Shown piece by piece: positions 49,199 to 58,581 of a stretch of 64,000 nucleotides of DNA; positions within the stretch are counted from its first letter, which is position 1, and the number at the start of each line of letters is the position of its first letter. The stretch spans positions 1,312,001 to 1,376,000 of the forward strand of contig CAWIKF010000002.1 in the NCBI GenBank assembly GCA_963836755.1. Direction: 5' to 3'. The translations under genes were made by a program, and so were the position numbers. The notes below the pieces were generated by a model. The model was not told the DNA's origin, did not search any database, and saw nothing but the letters and a program-made list of their open reading frames with translations. The stretch is from an uncultured Verrucomicrobiae bacterium. GTDB lineage: Bacteria > Verrucomicrobiota > Verrucomicrobiia > Chthoniobacterales > Chthoniobacteraceae.

Positions 49199-49633
49199 AT
49201 GGCAGAAGTTCAAAACACTGAGCAATCGGGCGAAACCGTCCAGCAGTTCATCGAGTTCGTGATGATGCAGGCGCAGCAGGCCGCGTTTTACCTTGGGCAA
49301 ATTCCCAATCCGCAAACTGGGCAGGCGGAGGTGCATCTCGATGCGGCGAAAATTTTCATCGATCAACTCACAATGATCCGCTCGAAAACGCGTGGGAACT
49401 TGACGAGCGAAGAGATGGGCGTGCTCAACAACGCGATTTCGAACTTGCAGATGGTCTTCGTGGAAACTTCGCAAGCAGGCAAGACTTCTGCGTCGGCTTC
49501 GGAAAAACTTGAGGAAAAATCTGCGGACGAAGCGCCGAAAATTGCGACGTCCGACGCGCCCGCGGCGGAAAAAAGTGCCGGCGAAGTCGAAGGCGAGTCG
49601 AAGAAAAAGTTTTCGAAAAGTTACGGCGCGTAA
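49199..49633 (+). CDS. DUF1844 domain protein
   Basis: LGQIPNP, AKIFIDQL, KTRGNL..EE. Confidence 0.85.
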   Translation: MAEVQNTEQSGETVQQFIEFVMMQAQQAAFYLGQIPNPQTGQAEVHLDAAKIFIDQLTMIRSKTRGNLTSEEMGVLNNAISNLQMVFVETSQAGKTSASASEKLEEKSADEAPKIATSDAPAAEKSAGEVEGESKKKFSKSYGA

Positions 49634-49636
49634 CTT

Positions 49637-51283
49637 TTATTCGCATTCGCAGACGAGGCGGAAGCCGACGTCATTTGCAAGATATTCCGGCACGTTCACG
49701 TTGCGCGTGCTCGCGCGCAGGCTCGTCGCGCGTGACTTCCAGCTTCCGCCGCGATACACGCGCCGACCGGTTTTCGCGATGCTGTGCGGGTTCGTCCGCT
49801 CGTGTCCTTTGTAGGGCTCGTAAAAATCGTGGCACCATTCCCAAACATTGCCGGCCATGTCCTCGATGCCGAAAGGGCTTGCGCCGCGCGGATAAGTTCC
49901 GACCGGCGCGGTTTCCGCATAGCCATCGTTGATCTCGACGTCGCGCCACGCGAACGTTGTGTTCGCATCCGCGAAATTTGCGAGCTCCCCGCAGTTCAAC
50001 TTTTCGCCCCACGGAAACGTGCGCCCTTCCATTCCGCGCGCCGCATATTCCCATTCGGCCTCGGTCGGCAGCCGATATTTTCGACGCTCGCGCGCACTCA
50101 GCCATGCGCAGAAATTCTGCGCATCGAGACTGCTGACATAAACCACCGGATGCGTCTCGTCGGCGCGCGGTGCACGTTTGGCGCGATGCGCTGGATCGAA
50201 AAATTCGTATTCGCGATTTGTGACCGTGAAGCGCGACATGTAAAAGCAGCTCACGTTTGTGCGAGCGGCGGGCTTCTCATTCGGCGGCGCATCCGGGTCA
50301 TCGCTGCCCATGATGAAAGTGCCGGACGGCACGAATAGCATTTCGCCGCCAAGCGCGTTTTTAAAATTCTGATGTTTTTGCCGCTCCTGGTCGCGGGCGA
50401 GGGGAGAAAAATGGATGGCACTCTCGACCGCGGGCGCAGCTACTTTTACAGCCTCGGTTTTCGGCGCAGCCGCGGGACGCGGGGGCGTCATCACACGCGC
50501 GGCCGGCGTGACCGGAGTCGGCGGCAGTCCGCTCACTTCATCGAGATATTGATCGATTAAATCTTCCGCCTGCCCGCCAGTGAGTCCGAGATTTTCGCCC
50601 ATGTTGCACAACGCATCGCGCTGGTCGTCAGTCAACTCGTCATCGCCGCCCAAGCCTGTCAAACGCAGCATCCGCGAGAATTCGGCAGCGGGATCGCTTG
50701 ACGCCGCGCCGGGTGCAATTTTCGGCGGCGCGCTGGCATTCGGATTGGCCGAAACAGGCTCTGCGATGGGCTGCGCGACAACTTTGACCCGCCTCTTCAC
50801 GCCACGTTTCTGCACCTCGGCTTCCACCATGATTTTCATCTCCTCGATGTTGAGGCCGGTGTTCGAGCCGAGGTTGTAGAGGTTTGTTTCGTCATCCTCC
50901 GCGAGCACTCCGCCCGCGAGCGCGAAGTCGAGAAATTTGTAAAATTCCGTCGCGGCATTTTCCTTCATCCGCGCGCGGATTTTTTCGTCGGCTTTCGCGC
51001 GGCTCGGCGGATGAAGCAGCAGCGTGCGCGCTTCGGCCAGATACTTCGGCGCTTCATCGAGACCGGATCGCAGCATCTGCGTCATCGGATTGCTTGGCTG
51101 ACTTTTCAGCGGCAATTTTTTTTGCCACCAAACAAGCAGCTGCCGGCAGTTATCCTCGATCTTCTGGTTGCTCGGATTGGTGTCAAAGGAAAGACAGAGC
51201 CGCTCGTAAAGATCCTCGGAGGAATAAGCCTTCCAGCCGGTCCATTTCGTCGGATTGTCCGGGAGAGGGTCGGGCAGCGACAT
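49637..51283 (-). CDS. J-like domain + helical repeats + FGE-sulfatase (SUMF1-like) domain protein
   Basis: C-terminal GTFIMGS, VTNREY, RLPTEAEWEYAAR, DMAGNVWEW, RGGSW, GFR; N-terminus resembles J-domain helices. Confidence 0.8.
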   Translation of the reverse strand: MSLPDPLPDNPTKWTGWKAYSSEDLYERLCLSFDTNPSNQKIEDNCRQLLVWWQKKLPLKSQPSNPMTQMLRSGLDEAPKYLAEARTLLLHPPSRAKADEKIRARMKENAATEFYKFLDFALAGGVLAEDDETNLYNLGSNTGLNIEEMKIMVEAEVQKRGVKRRVKVVAQPIAEPVSANPNASAPPKIAPGAASSDPAAEFSRMLRLTGLGGDDELTDDQRDALCNMGENLGLTGGQAEDLIDQYLDEVSGLPPTPVTPAARVMTPPRPAAAPKTEAVKVAAPAVESAIHFSPLARDQERQKHQNFKNALGGEMLFVPSGTFIMGSDDPDAPPNEKPAARTNVSCFYMSRFTVTNREYEFFDPAHRAKRAPRADETHPVVYVSSLDAQNFCAWLSARERRKYRLPTEAEWEYAARGMEGRTFPWGEKLNCGELANFADANTTFAWRDVEINDGYAETAPVGTYPRGASPFGIEDMAGNVWEWCHDFYEPYKGHERTNPHSIAKTGRRVYRGGSWKSRATSLRASTRNVNVPEYLANDVGFRLVCECE

Positions 51284-51303
51284 TGCGTTCCGTTAACGCT
51301 GCG

Positions 51304-52884
51304 TTACATCACTGCAACTTGCGACAAATCCGCTGTCGCCTCGGCGAGCTCGAGATCATTCAAGCCGACGTTGCGTGCAATCGAAACGCGGTTCTGCTTT
51401 CCAAAGGCGTCGACCGTCACTTCCAGCACTTGGTTCGCGTCGTAGCGATACGTCAACTCAACCGGAGAGCCTTTCGGCAAAAATGGCGGGAGCTCAATGT
51501 CGCACACGCCAAGCGGGGTGCACTCGCCCGGAACAGTGCTTTCGCCCTCGACCACGCGCACGATCGCGTTTTTCATATTCGCCTTTGCGGTGCCGAAGGA
51601 ATTTTTCATCTCGACCGGAATCGCGGTCATTTTCTTGATCATCGGGAAAACATATTCCTCAACTTTCGCGTCATCCCAAAGGACGACACCAAGCGTGTGC
51701 GTGGTGATATTCGTCACCTTCATCAATGCGCCGGATTTGTCGGAAAATTGCTCGCGCACCTCGATCGGCAGCACGCGCTCGCCGAGTTTCTCTTCCTCGT
51801 TGAGCAGCGCGAGAATGCCTTGCGCCGCCGCACCGATCGACACTGCTTCGTCCGGGCTGAGGTCCTCAGCGACCTCCGTGTTCGACAAATTTTTAATCAT
51901 CTCGCGCACGGATGGCATGCGTGACATGCCGCCCGTGAGCAGCACGCGATCGATTTTCGACCAGTCGAGCTTCGCTTCCTGCATCACGATCTCGCAGATC
52001 ATTTTGCATTTCTCGAGCAGATGGCTCGCGCGCTTTTCAAACTCGTCGCGCGTCAATTCCAGCTTGATGCTGTGGCCGTTGTAATTGTGCACGATCGTCG
52101 TGCTTGAGCGCGTGGAAAGCTGCACTTTCGCGGCGAGCGCGCGGTTGTAGAGATCTTGGTAGCTTTGCAAATCGAGCAGCGGATTTTCGCCATGCTGCCG
52201 GTCAAATTCGTCCGCGACCCAGTTCACGATGATGTCGTCCCAATCCTTGCCGCCAAGCCGATGATCGCCATTGCTCGCGAGCATCCGGATGTGGTGGCTC
52301 TCGATTCTCATGATCGTGACGTCGAACGTGCCGCCGCCGAGATCGAATACGAACGCGGTCTGCTGCGTATCGCGCTTGTTCAGCCCATACGCGAGCGCCG
52401 CGGCCGTCGGCTCGTTGATGATCTGTAAAACATTCAGCCCTGCGAGCTGGCCTGCATGCAAGGTCGCCGTGCGCTCGGCGTCGTTGAAATAAGCGGGCAC
52501 GGTGATCACTGCGTCGGTCACTCGAGTGGCGAGATATTTTTCCGCGTCGTTTTTGAGTTTCTTGATGATGAGCGCGGAGAGCTCTTCGGCTGTGTATAAC
52601 TTTCCGTTAAACTCGCGGTTAAACTCCGCGCGGCTCTTTCCCATTTCGCGTTTCACAAAATCAACGATCTTTTCCGGCTCCGCCACCGCGTTTTGTTTCG
52701 CCATCGTGCCTACGATCGCCTGACTGCCATCAAACAAAATCACTGACGGCGTGATACGCTCGTTTTCCGCATTCGGGATGATTTGCGGTTTGCCGTATTG
52801 GTCGATGTGCGCGATCGCCGAGAAAGTGGTGCCGAGGTCGATGCCGACTGCTTTGCGTGGAGGAGGTGTTCGATTATCGCTCAT
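51304..52884 (-). CDS. Hsp70 family protein lacking the helical lid
   Basis: GIDLGTT, TVPAYF, NEPTAAAL, DLGGGTFD, LTGGMSRMP; about 526 aa. Confidence 0.93.
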   Translation of the reverse strand: MSDNRTPPPRKAVGIDLGTTFSAIAHIDQYGKPQIIPNAENERITPSVILFDGSQAIVGTMAKQNAVAEPEKIVDFVKREMGKSRAEFNREFNGKLYTAEELSALIIKKLKNDAEKYLATRVTDAVITVPAYFNDAERTATLHAGQLAGLNVLQIINEPTAAALAYGLNKRDTQQTAFVFDLGGGTFDVTIMRIESHHIRMLASNGDHRLGGKDWDDIIVNWVADEFDRQHGENPLLDLQSYQDLYNRALAAKVQLSTRSSTTIVHNYNGHSIKLELTRDEFEKRASHLLEKCKMICEIVMQEAKLDWSKIDRVLLTGGMSRMPSVREMIKNLSNTEVAEDLSPDEAVSIGAAAQGILALLNEEEKLGERVLPIEVREQFSDKSGALMKVTNITTHTLGVVLWDDAKVEEYVFPMIKKMTAIPVEMKNSFGTAKANMKNAIVRVVEGESTVPGECTPLGVCDIELPPFLPKGSPVELTYRYDANQVLEVTVDAFGKQNRVSIARNVGLNDLELAEATADLSQVAVM

Positions 52885-52948
52885 GTGGTGTGGTTCCAAA
52901 AAATCCTTGTTTTGAGAAAGCGAATTGCATGCCACGGGCAGGCAATCC

Positions 52949-53707
52949 TCATTTTTGCGCCGGCGCCAGCTCGACCAGGCAACCTTCCTTCCATTTCCGA
53001 ATCACGACTTCCTCGGGGCGCAAAAGCCGCTCGCGCCACAAAAATCCGGGCTTCAAACTTGCCACGATCATTTGATCGTCCTCCTGCGTCTCAGCCATTT
53101 CCACGGACACCGCACGCTGATTTTGTTTGTCCAGCCGGCCCGTCGATGCCTCCACGCGATGCACTTCCATGCGCGCCAAAATTTCTAGCACCGAATGCAC
53201 CGCGTGATCGAGATTCGTGCTGAGCAGCCGCGTTTTTTGCAGAGCAGGAGAAAAATTTCCCGCCTGCTCCACGAGAAAGGCTGCGGTCTGCCGATGGAGC
53301 GCCGACAGGTCGTCGAAAAGCGTGATCAAATCGCGCACGATCGGCTTGTGAAAAACATCGAGCAGGAAATCGTCTTTGTAGCTGCGCAATTCATCGTGCA
53401 GCGCGTCAAACTGCTTCTGATTCAGCACCTCTTTTTGCTCCAGACTTGTCCGCAGCGCCGCGAGCACCTCCGGCAGCCCCGCCTGCGCAGCCACACTCGC
53501 TTCCAGCCGCTCCAGCGTCCGCGTGTTCTCCGACGTCACGCGCCCGAGCGCATCAATTCCCTGCACCAGCGGCTTCAAAATTTTCGCGAGATTCTCCATC
53601 TTCGGCGCCGCTTGCTCTTCGTGTGAAAGGTGGTCCGCTTCCTGCGAAAGCGACTTCATCTGCAACTCAAAATCGGCTGCGTCGTCAATGACATGCATGT
53701 CTGGCAT
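52949..53707 (-). CDS. GrpE-like nucleotide exchange factor
   Basis: Long coiled coil followed by SLKPGFLWRERLLRPEEVVI GrpE-type C-terminus. Confidence 0.82.
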   Translation of the reverse strand: MPDMHVIDDAADFELQMKSLSQEADHLSHEEQAAPKMENLAKILKPLVQGIDALGRVTSENTRTLERLEASVAAQAGLPEVLAALRTSLEQKEVLNQKQFDALHDELRSYKDDFLLDVFHKPIVRDLITLFDDLSALHRQTAAFLVEQAGNFSPALQKTRLLSTNLDHAVHSVLEILARMEVHRVEASTGRLDKQNQRAVSVEMAETQEDDQMIVASLKPGFLWRERLLRPEEVVIRKWKEGCLVELAPAQK

Positions 53708-53781
53708 GCACAAAACCAAAGCGAAATTCGCGCCACGCCCCGCGCCTGATTTTTACGCCCCGAAAATTTTTTCGTGACGAA

Positions 53782-54201
53782 CTATCCGCCGAGCACGCTC
53801 ACGATCAGCCGCCGGCGATGCGATGCACGCCGATGCTCGAAAACAAAAATTCCCTGCCACGTCCCGAGCTGCATCTGCGCGTGAGCGATCGGAATTGTCT
53901 CGCTCGTCCGCGTCAAAACCATGCGAATGTGCGACGTCGAATCGTCGGAACCCTCCGCCGTGTGCGTGAAATACTTCGAATTCTCCGGCACCAACTTTTC
54001 AAAATACGCCTCGAGATCCGTCCGCGCCGAGCGATCCGCATTTTCAAAAATAATCAGGCTCGCACTCGTGTGCTGCAGGAAAACCGTCACCGCGCCCGTC
54101 GTCACTCCGCTCTCGCGCACCGCGCGCTCGACGTCCTCCGTGATTTCGTAAGTCCCTTTCCCGCGCGTTACGATTTCGAATGTAGCGGTGTGCGCTTTCA
54201 A
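53782..54201 (-). CDS. yjbQ: YjbQ/UPF0047 family protein
   Basis: HTSASL..ENAD, H..EG.DD..SH, LGTWQGI..FEHR. Confidence 0.93.
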   Translation of the reverse strand: MKAHTATFEIVTRGKGTYEITEDVERAVRESGVTTGAVTVFLQHTSASLIIFENADRSARTDLEAYFEKLVPENSKYFTHTAEGSDDSTSHIRMVLTRTSETIPIAHAQMQLGTWQGIFVFEHRRASHRRRLIVSVLGG

Positions 54202-54204
54202 AGT

Positions 54205-55713
54205 TCAGGCAAAGTGCTGTCGGATCGCAGCGATCAAGCCCGGCACATCATGACGCTTCGCCTCGAGGTCAACTGAGAGCCCGAGCTCGCGCATCGCGTG
54301 CGAAGTGACCGGCCCGATGCTCGCCGTCCTCATCTCAGTTGAGCGCGGCAAATTTAACGCCATGAAATTCTGCGCAGTCGACGCGCTTGTGAAGGTAATC
54401 AAATCGGCGCCCTCATCTTTGAAGCGCTCCAGCGCGCCGCTCGCATCGTCCGTTTCCGGCACCGTGCGATACGCGATCGCTTCGTCCACGATCGCTCCCG
54501 CCTTTGTCAGAGCCGGCGCCAGCAATTTGCGCGTGACCTCGGCGCGCACCAAAAGAATGCGCTCATTTTCCAGCGAGCCCTGCGCTTGCAACGCGCGCAG
54601 CAACGATTCCGCGACAAATTCGTCGGGTTGAAGATCGACTTTCAAATGAAAATCTTTCACGCGCTGCGCCGTGGCCGGGCCGATCGCCGCGATACGCGCG
54701 CCGCCGATTTCGCGCGCGTCGTCGTAAAGCTTGAAGAACATTTCAAAGAACGCACTCGCGCCATTCGGGCTCGTGAAAATGATCCAATCGTAGCCGTGGG
54801 AATCCTGCACGAGCTGCCCAAACTCCATCCGATCGCGCGGCGGCTCGATGCGAATCGTCGGCAGTTCAAACACCTCCGCGCCGAGCGTGCGAAGCCCGGC
54901 CGAAAGCGCGCCTGCCTGTTTGCGCGTGCGCGTGACGACAATTCGTTTTCCGAAAAGCGGCCGCGATTCGAACCAGTTCAATGTGTCGCGCAAATTCACA
55001 ACTTCGCCAAAAATCGCGACAGCCGGCGCAGAAAATTCCGCCTCCGCGACAAGCGCCGCAATATTTTCCAATCGCCCGCGAATCGTTTGCTGGCGGGCAG
55101 TCGTGGCCCATCGCACCAGCGCGACCGGCAACTTTGGATCAGCTCCATTTGCAAGAAAAGCGTCCGCGATTTTCTCGATTCGCTCCACGCCCATCAGCAT
55201 CACTTTCGTTCCCGGCTGCCGCGCGAGTTGCGCATAGTCGAGAGCAGTTTCCGATTTTGCCGGATCCTCGTGACCGGTGAAAATCGTGAGCTGCGAATTG
55301 TGTCCGCGATGCGTGACCGGAATCCCCGCATAAGCCGGCCCAGCCAGCGCCGAGGAAACGCCCGGCACGATTTCAAACGCTAGCCCGGCGCGCGCGAGCG
55401 CTTCAGCCTCCTCGCCGCCGCGGCCAAACAGAAACGGATCGCCGCCTTTCAACCGCACCACTTTCTTTCCAGCCGCCGTTTTTTCCACGAGCAGCGCATT
55501 GATTTCATCCTGCGTGAGCGTGTGCGCGCCCGCTTTTTTCCCCGCGTAAATAATTTCCGCGACAGCTGGCGCCCATTGCAAAATCTCAGGATTGCAAAGG
55601 TAGTCGTAAACGATCACGTCGGCTTGCTCGACGCATTCCCGCGTCCGCAAAGTCACGAGTCCAAGAGCGCCGGGCCCAGCGCCGGCGAGATAACAGATTC
55701 CGTCGTTTTTCAT
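54205..55713 (-). CDS. cobA: Uroporphyrinogen-III C-methyltransferase/synthase fusion (CobA-HemD)
   Basis: GAGPG, RLKGGDPFLFGRGGEE, then VVTR, FTSPNG, AIGPAT, FTSAST. Confidence 0.95.
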   Translation of the reverse strand: MKNDGICYLAGAGPGALGLVTLRTRECVEQADVIVYDYLCNPEILQWAPAVAEIIYAGKKAGAHTLTQDEINALLVEKTAAGKKVVRLKGGDPFLFGRGGEEAEALARAGLAFEIVPGVSSALAGPAYAGIPVTHRGHNSQLTIFTGHEDPAKSETALDYAQLARQPGTKVMLMGVERIEKIADAFLANGADPKLPVALVRWATTARQQTIRGRLENIAALVAEAEFSAPAVAIFGEVVNLRDTLNWFESRPLFGKRIVVTRTRKQAGALSAGLRTLGAEVFELPTIRIEPPRDRMEFGQLVQDSHGYDWIIFTSPNGASAFFEMFFKLYDDAREIGGARIAAIGPATAQRVKDFHLKVDLQPDEFVAESLLRALQAQGSLENERILLVRAEVTRKLLAPALTKAGAIVDEAIAYRTVPETDDASGALERFKDEGADLITFTSASTAQNFMALNLPRSTEMRTASIGPVTSHAMRELGLSVDLEAKRHDVPGLIAAIRQHFA

Positions 55714-56636
55714 CGCGAAAAGTTTTCGAGTTGGGCGAAGACTTCTTGAGCAATCAGCTCCGGCGCATCCGTGTCGCCTTCCGCTTCTCCGGTGCGTGGC
55801 GCGTGATCTTCTTCGCCGAAAACAATTGTTTCCATGTGGAGTCGAGTGCCTGAAATTTTCGTTTTTGCACCGACCGGCAAAGTGCAATCACCGTTGAGCA
55901 GGCGCAGCAATTCGCGTTCGGCCCGCACGCATTGGAACGTTGGGAGATGGTTGATTTTCTCAAGCATTGAAACAGTGGATTCGTCGCTCGCGCGCGCTTC
56001 GAGCGCAATCGCTCCTTGCCCGATCGCCGGCAGCGTCGGCAGAATTTCGACGGCAAAGTTTATGCCGTCAAAGTTGAGCAATCCCTCGGCAACGCTGTAG
56101 CCAAGCCGCTCCAGGCCCGCCCGCGCGAGCACAATGGCATCGAGCGATGCGCTCTCGCGCAGCTTCCGCAAACGAGTCGGAACATTTCCGCGCATTTCCT
56201 CCACGCACAAATCGTCGCGCAAAAATTGCAGTTGCCGGCGTCGTCGAACGCTGTTCGTCGCGACTCGCGCGCCTTGCTTGAGCGCGACAAAAGACACGGA
56301 CGTTTTTGAAATCATAACGTCATCCGTCGCGCCGCGTTCGAGCACGGCTGCGACTGCACAATCGCGCGCGAGCTGGCCGGGCAAATCCTTGCAACTGTGC
56401 ACCGCCACATCGATTTCACGCGCAAGCAGCGACTCCTCGATTTCCTTGGTGAACATTCCCTTCAAGCCCGCGCCACTTTCAATCCACGCCCTTTCATTTT
56501 GCCGGCGATCGCCGGATGTCGTGATCTTTTTTACCTCGATTACCAGCGCAGGTTCGGCTTTCGCGAACGCTTGTTTTACAAGCTCCACTTGCGCAAGGGC
56601 GAGGGCGCTGCCACGCGATCCGAGCACGAGCCTCAC
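55710..56636 (-). CDS. hemC: Hydroxymethylbilane synthase
   Basis: GSRGSALALAQ, GMFTKE, VHSCKD, RGNVPTRL, GDCTLP. Confidence 0.96.
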   Translation of the reverse strand: MRLVLGSRGSALALAQVELVKQAFAKAEPALVIEVKKITTSGDRRQNERAWIESGAGLKGMFTKEIEESLLAREIDVAVHSCKDLPGQLARDCAVAAVLERGATDDVMISKTSVSFVALKQGARVATNSVRRRRQLQFLRDDLCVEEMRGNVPTRLRKLRESASLDAIVLARAGLERLGYSVAEGLLNFDGINFAVEILPTLPAIGQGAIALEARASDESTVSMLEKINHLPTFQCVRAERELLRLLNGDCTLPVGAKTKISGTRLHMETIVFGEEDHAPRTGEAEGDTDAPELIAQEVFAQLENFSR

Positions 56637-57709
56637 GATTCTGAAACGCGCGCGCCGGCCGGCAGTTCGTGCGTCTCCACCGGCTCAGCCGCGAGCGGAT
56701 GACCGAGCCATGCGGAAAATTCCGCGACGTGGCGCTCGATCATTTTTTCGCAAATCGCAAGATCTTGTCGACGGATCGCGAGCGATTGCTCGGAGAGCTG
56801 CCGCAGCGAATCGATGTCGTAAAGATAAACGCCGTCGAGTTCGTTGATGGCGGGATCAATGTCGCGCGGCACGGCGAGGTCGATGACGAAAAGCGGCCGC
56901 GCGCGACGCGTGTGCATGATCGGCGTAAGTTTTTCACGCGTGACGATGGCGTGCGGCGCGGCGGTCGAACTGATGAGGATATCGATTTCATCGAAGTGTT
57001 TGTCCCAATGGTCAAAATGAATTGCCGCGCCGCCCATTTCCGCCGCGAGCTGTGCGGCGCGTTCGTAGCTGCGGTTGGAGACGATGATGCTTTTCGCGCC
57101 GCGCGCGAGCAGGGCGCGCGCAGTTTGTTCGCTTGTTTCGCCTGCGCCGAGAATCATTACTTTACACGTGTTCAAACGTCCGAAAATCTTTTCCGAAAGA
57201 TCGACTGCGACGGAGCCGACGGAAACGGAGCCGCGCGTGATGTTCGTCCGGCTGCGGACTTCCTTCGCGACGTTGAACGCGCGTTGAAAAAGTTTGTTGA
57301 GATGCCGCGACGTCGAGCGATGCGTCGAGGCCTCAAGGTATGCTTTTTTGACCTGGCCCAAAATTTCCGTTTCGCCAAGAACCATGGATTCAAGCCCGCT
57401 CACGACGCGGAACAGATGGCGAATGCTGTGCGGCGCATCTATTTTATAAAACTCCGACAGCGCGGAAATGTCGGCCGCTGCGCGCTCGCTGACAAATTGC
57501 CGCAACGCTGCAAACCCGCGCGCCGGCTCGCTCGCGACGCCGTAAAATTCGACGCGATTGCACGTGGAGACGATGACGGCTTCGGCGAGGCCATCCATCG
57601 CACAAAGCCGACGAGCGGCTTCCCCGAGCTCATGCCCTGCCACGGCGAAACGCTCGCGCAGTGCGACGTCGGCGGTTTGATGGCTGAGGCCGAGGCAGAG
57701 AACGTTCAT
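56633..57709 (-). CDS. hemA: Glutamyl-tRNA reductase (short form)
   Basis: STCNRVE, SMVLGETEILGQVK, GAGE, DLAVPRDI. Confidence 0.96.
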   Translation of the reverse strand: MNVLCLGLSHQTADVALRERFAVAGHELGEAARRLCAMDGLAEAVIVSTCNRVEFYGVASEPARGFAALRQFVSERAAADISALSEFYKIDAPHSIRHLFRVVSGLESMVLGETEILGQVKKAYLEASTHRSTSRHLNKLFQRAFNVAKEVRSRTNITRGSVSVGSVAVDLSEKIFGRLNTCKVMILGAGETSEQTARALLARGAKSIIVSNRSYERAAQLAAEMGGAAIHFDHWDKHFDEIDILISSTAAPHAIVTREKLTPIMHTRRARPLFVIDLAVPRDIDPAINELDGVYLYDIDSLRQLSEQSLAIRRQDLAICEKMIERHVAEFSAWLGHPLAAEPVETHELPAGARVSES

Positions 57710-58494
57710 TTAAAAGGATGCGGCGGCGTGATGAAATTGAGTCCCCACAAAGTCGAGAGCGTGACTGCAAATGCGCCGACGGCCAACTGTGCGACGCGCC
57801 TCGGACTCACACGTTTCCATTTTTCCGCCTGCAAAATCGCGGCGTAAATCAGCCAGACGCCGAAGCCCCACGAAACTTTCAACCAATCGAGCCGCACCGC
57901 GAAACCGGCGAGAAGGCCGATGGTTAAAAGAACGAAGCCGGTCAGCAGCAGGCGATTGATCGCGGCGGCGAGATCGTGGAGCGGCGGCAGATGAAAAAAA
58001 ATCGAGCGCAGATGATGCGTCTTCAATTGACGCTCCTGCACGAGCAGCATCGCTCCCGCAACGCCCGCCAAAGCAAACGCGCCGTAAGCGACGATCGAAA
58101 TCGCCGCGTGCAATTCCAGCCACGGACTCGGCCGCGCGGTGATGATCGCGGGCAGATCGGGCAGCGCGAGCAATGCGAAAATTTGAAAAAGAAAAACCAG
58201 CGGCGACGTGAATGCGCCGAGCAGCGACAAGCGATAGACCGGGCCGACGAGCAGATAGAGCAGCACCATCGACCAGCTCAGAAAAATGAAGACCTCGAAA
58301 AGATTCGTGAGCGGGCAGCGACCGATCGCGTGGCCGCGCGAAAAAAGAAACCCGGTTTGCAGCGCGAAGCCGAGGGAGATCGCGGAAAAATTAAAACGCG
58401 ATGGGCGATAATGCCCCGCGCCCAGCGCAAACATCGTGTAGGCGAAGCCGAGCAAAAAACAAAATGTGGAAGCGACGAGCAAGGCGCGATCCAT
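57706..58494 (-). CDS. Cytochrome c assembly (CcsA/HemX-like) membrane protein
   Basis: About 8 TMs, conserved His (WLELHA), position directly upstream of hemA. Confidence 0.82.
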   Translation of the reverse strand: MDRALLVASTFCFLLGFAYTMFALGAGHYRPSRFNFSAISLGFALQTGFLFSRGHAIGRCPLTNLFEVFIFLSWSMVLLYLLVGPVYRLSLLGAFTSPLVFLFQIFALLALPDLPAIITARPSPWLELHAAISIVAYGAFALAGVAGAMLLVQERQLKTHHLRSIFFHLPPLHDLAAAINRLLLTGFVLLTIGLLAGFAVRLDWLKVSWGFGVWLIYAAILQAEKWKRVSPRRVAQLAVGAFAVTLSTLWGLNFITPPHPFK

Positions 58495-58581
58495 GGCGGA
58501 TGGCCACTTTACCGGCCGCGCGTGGCTTTTGCAACCGGCGCACACAGCGCGCGAAGCTTCGGCCACATGTGGCACTTATGT

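Noticed and set aside
49637..49760. DGR variable region at the end of the FGE-fold gene
   Set aside because: I found no template repeat copy and no reverse transcriptase in the window.
49637..50400. Active formylglycine-generating enzyme
   Set aside because: RGGSWKSRATSLRAS lacks the catalytic Cys pair, and no sulfatase is nearby.
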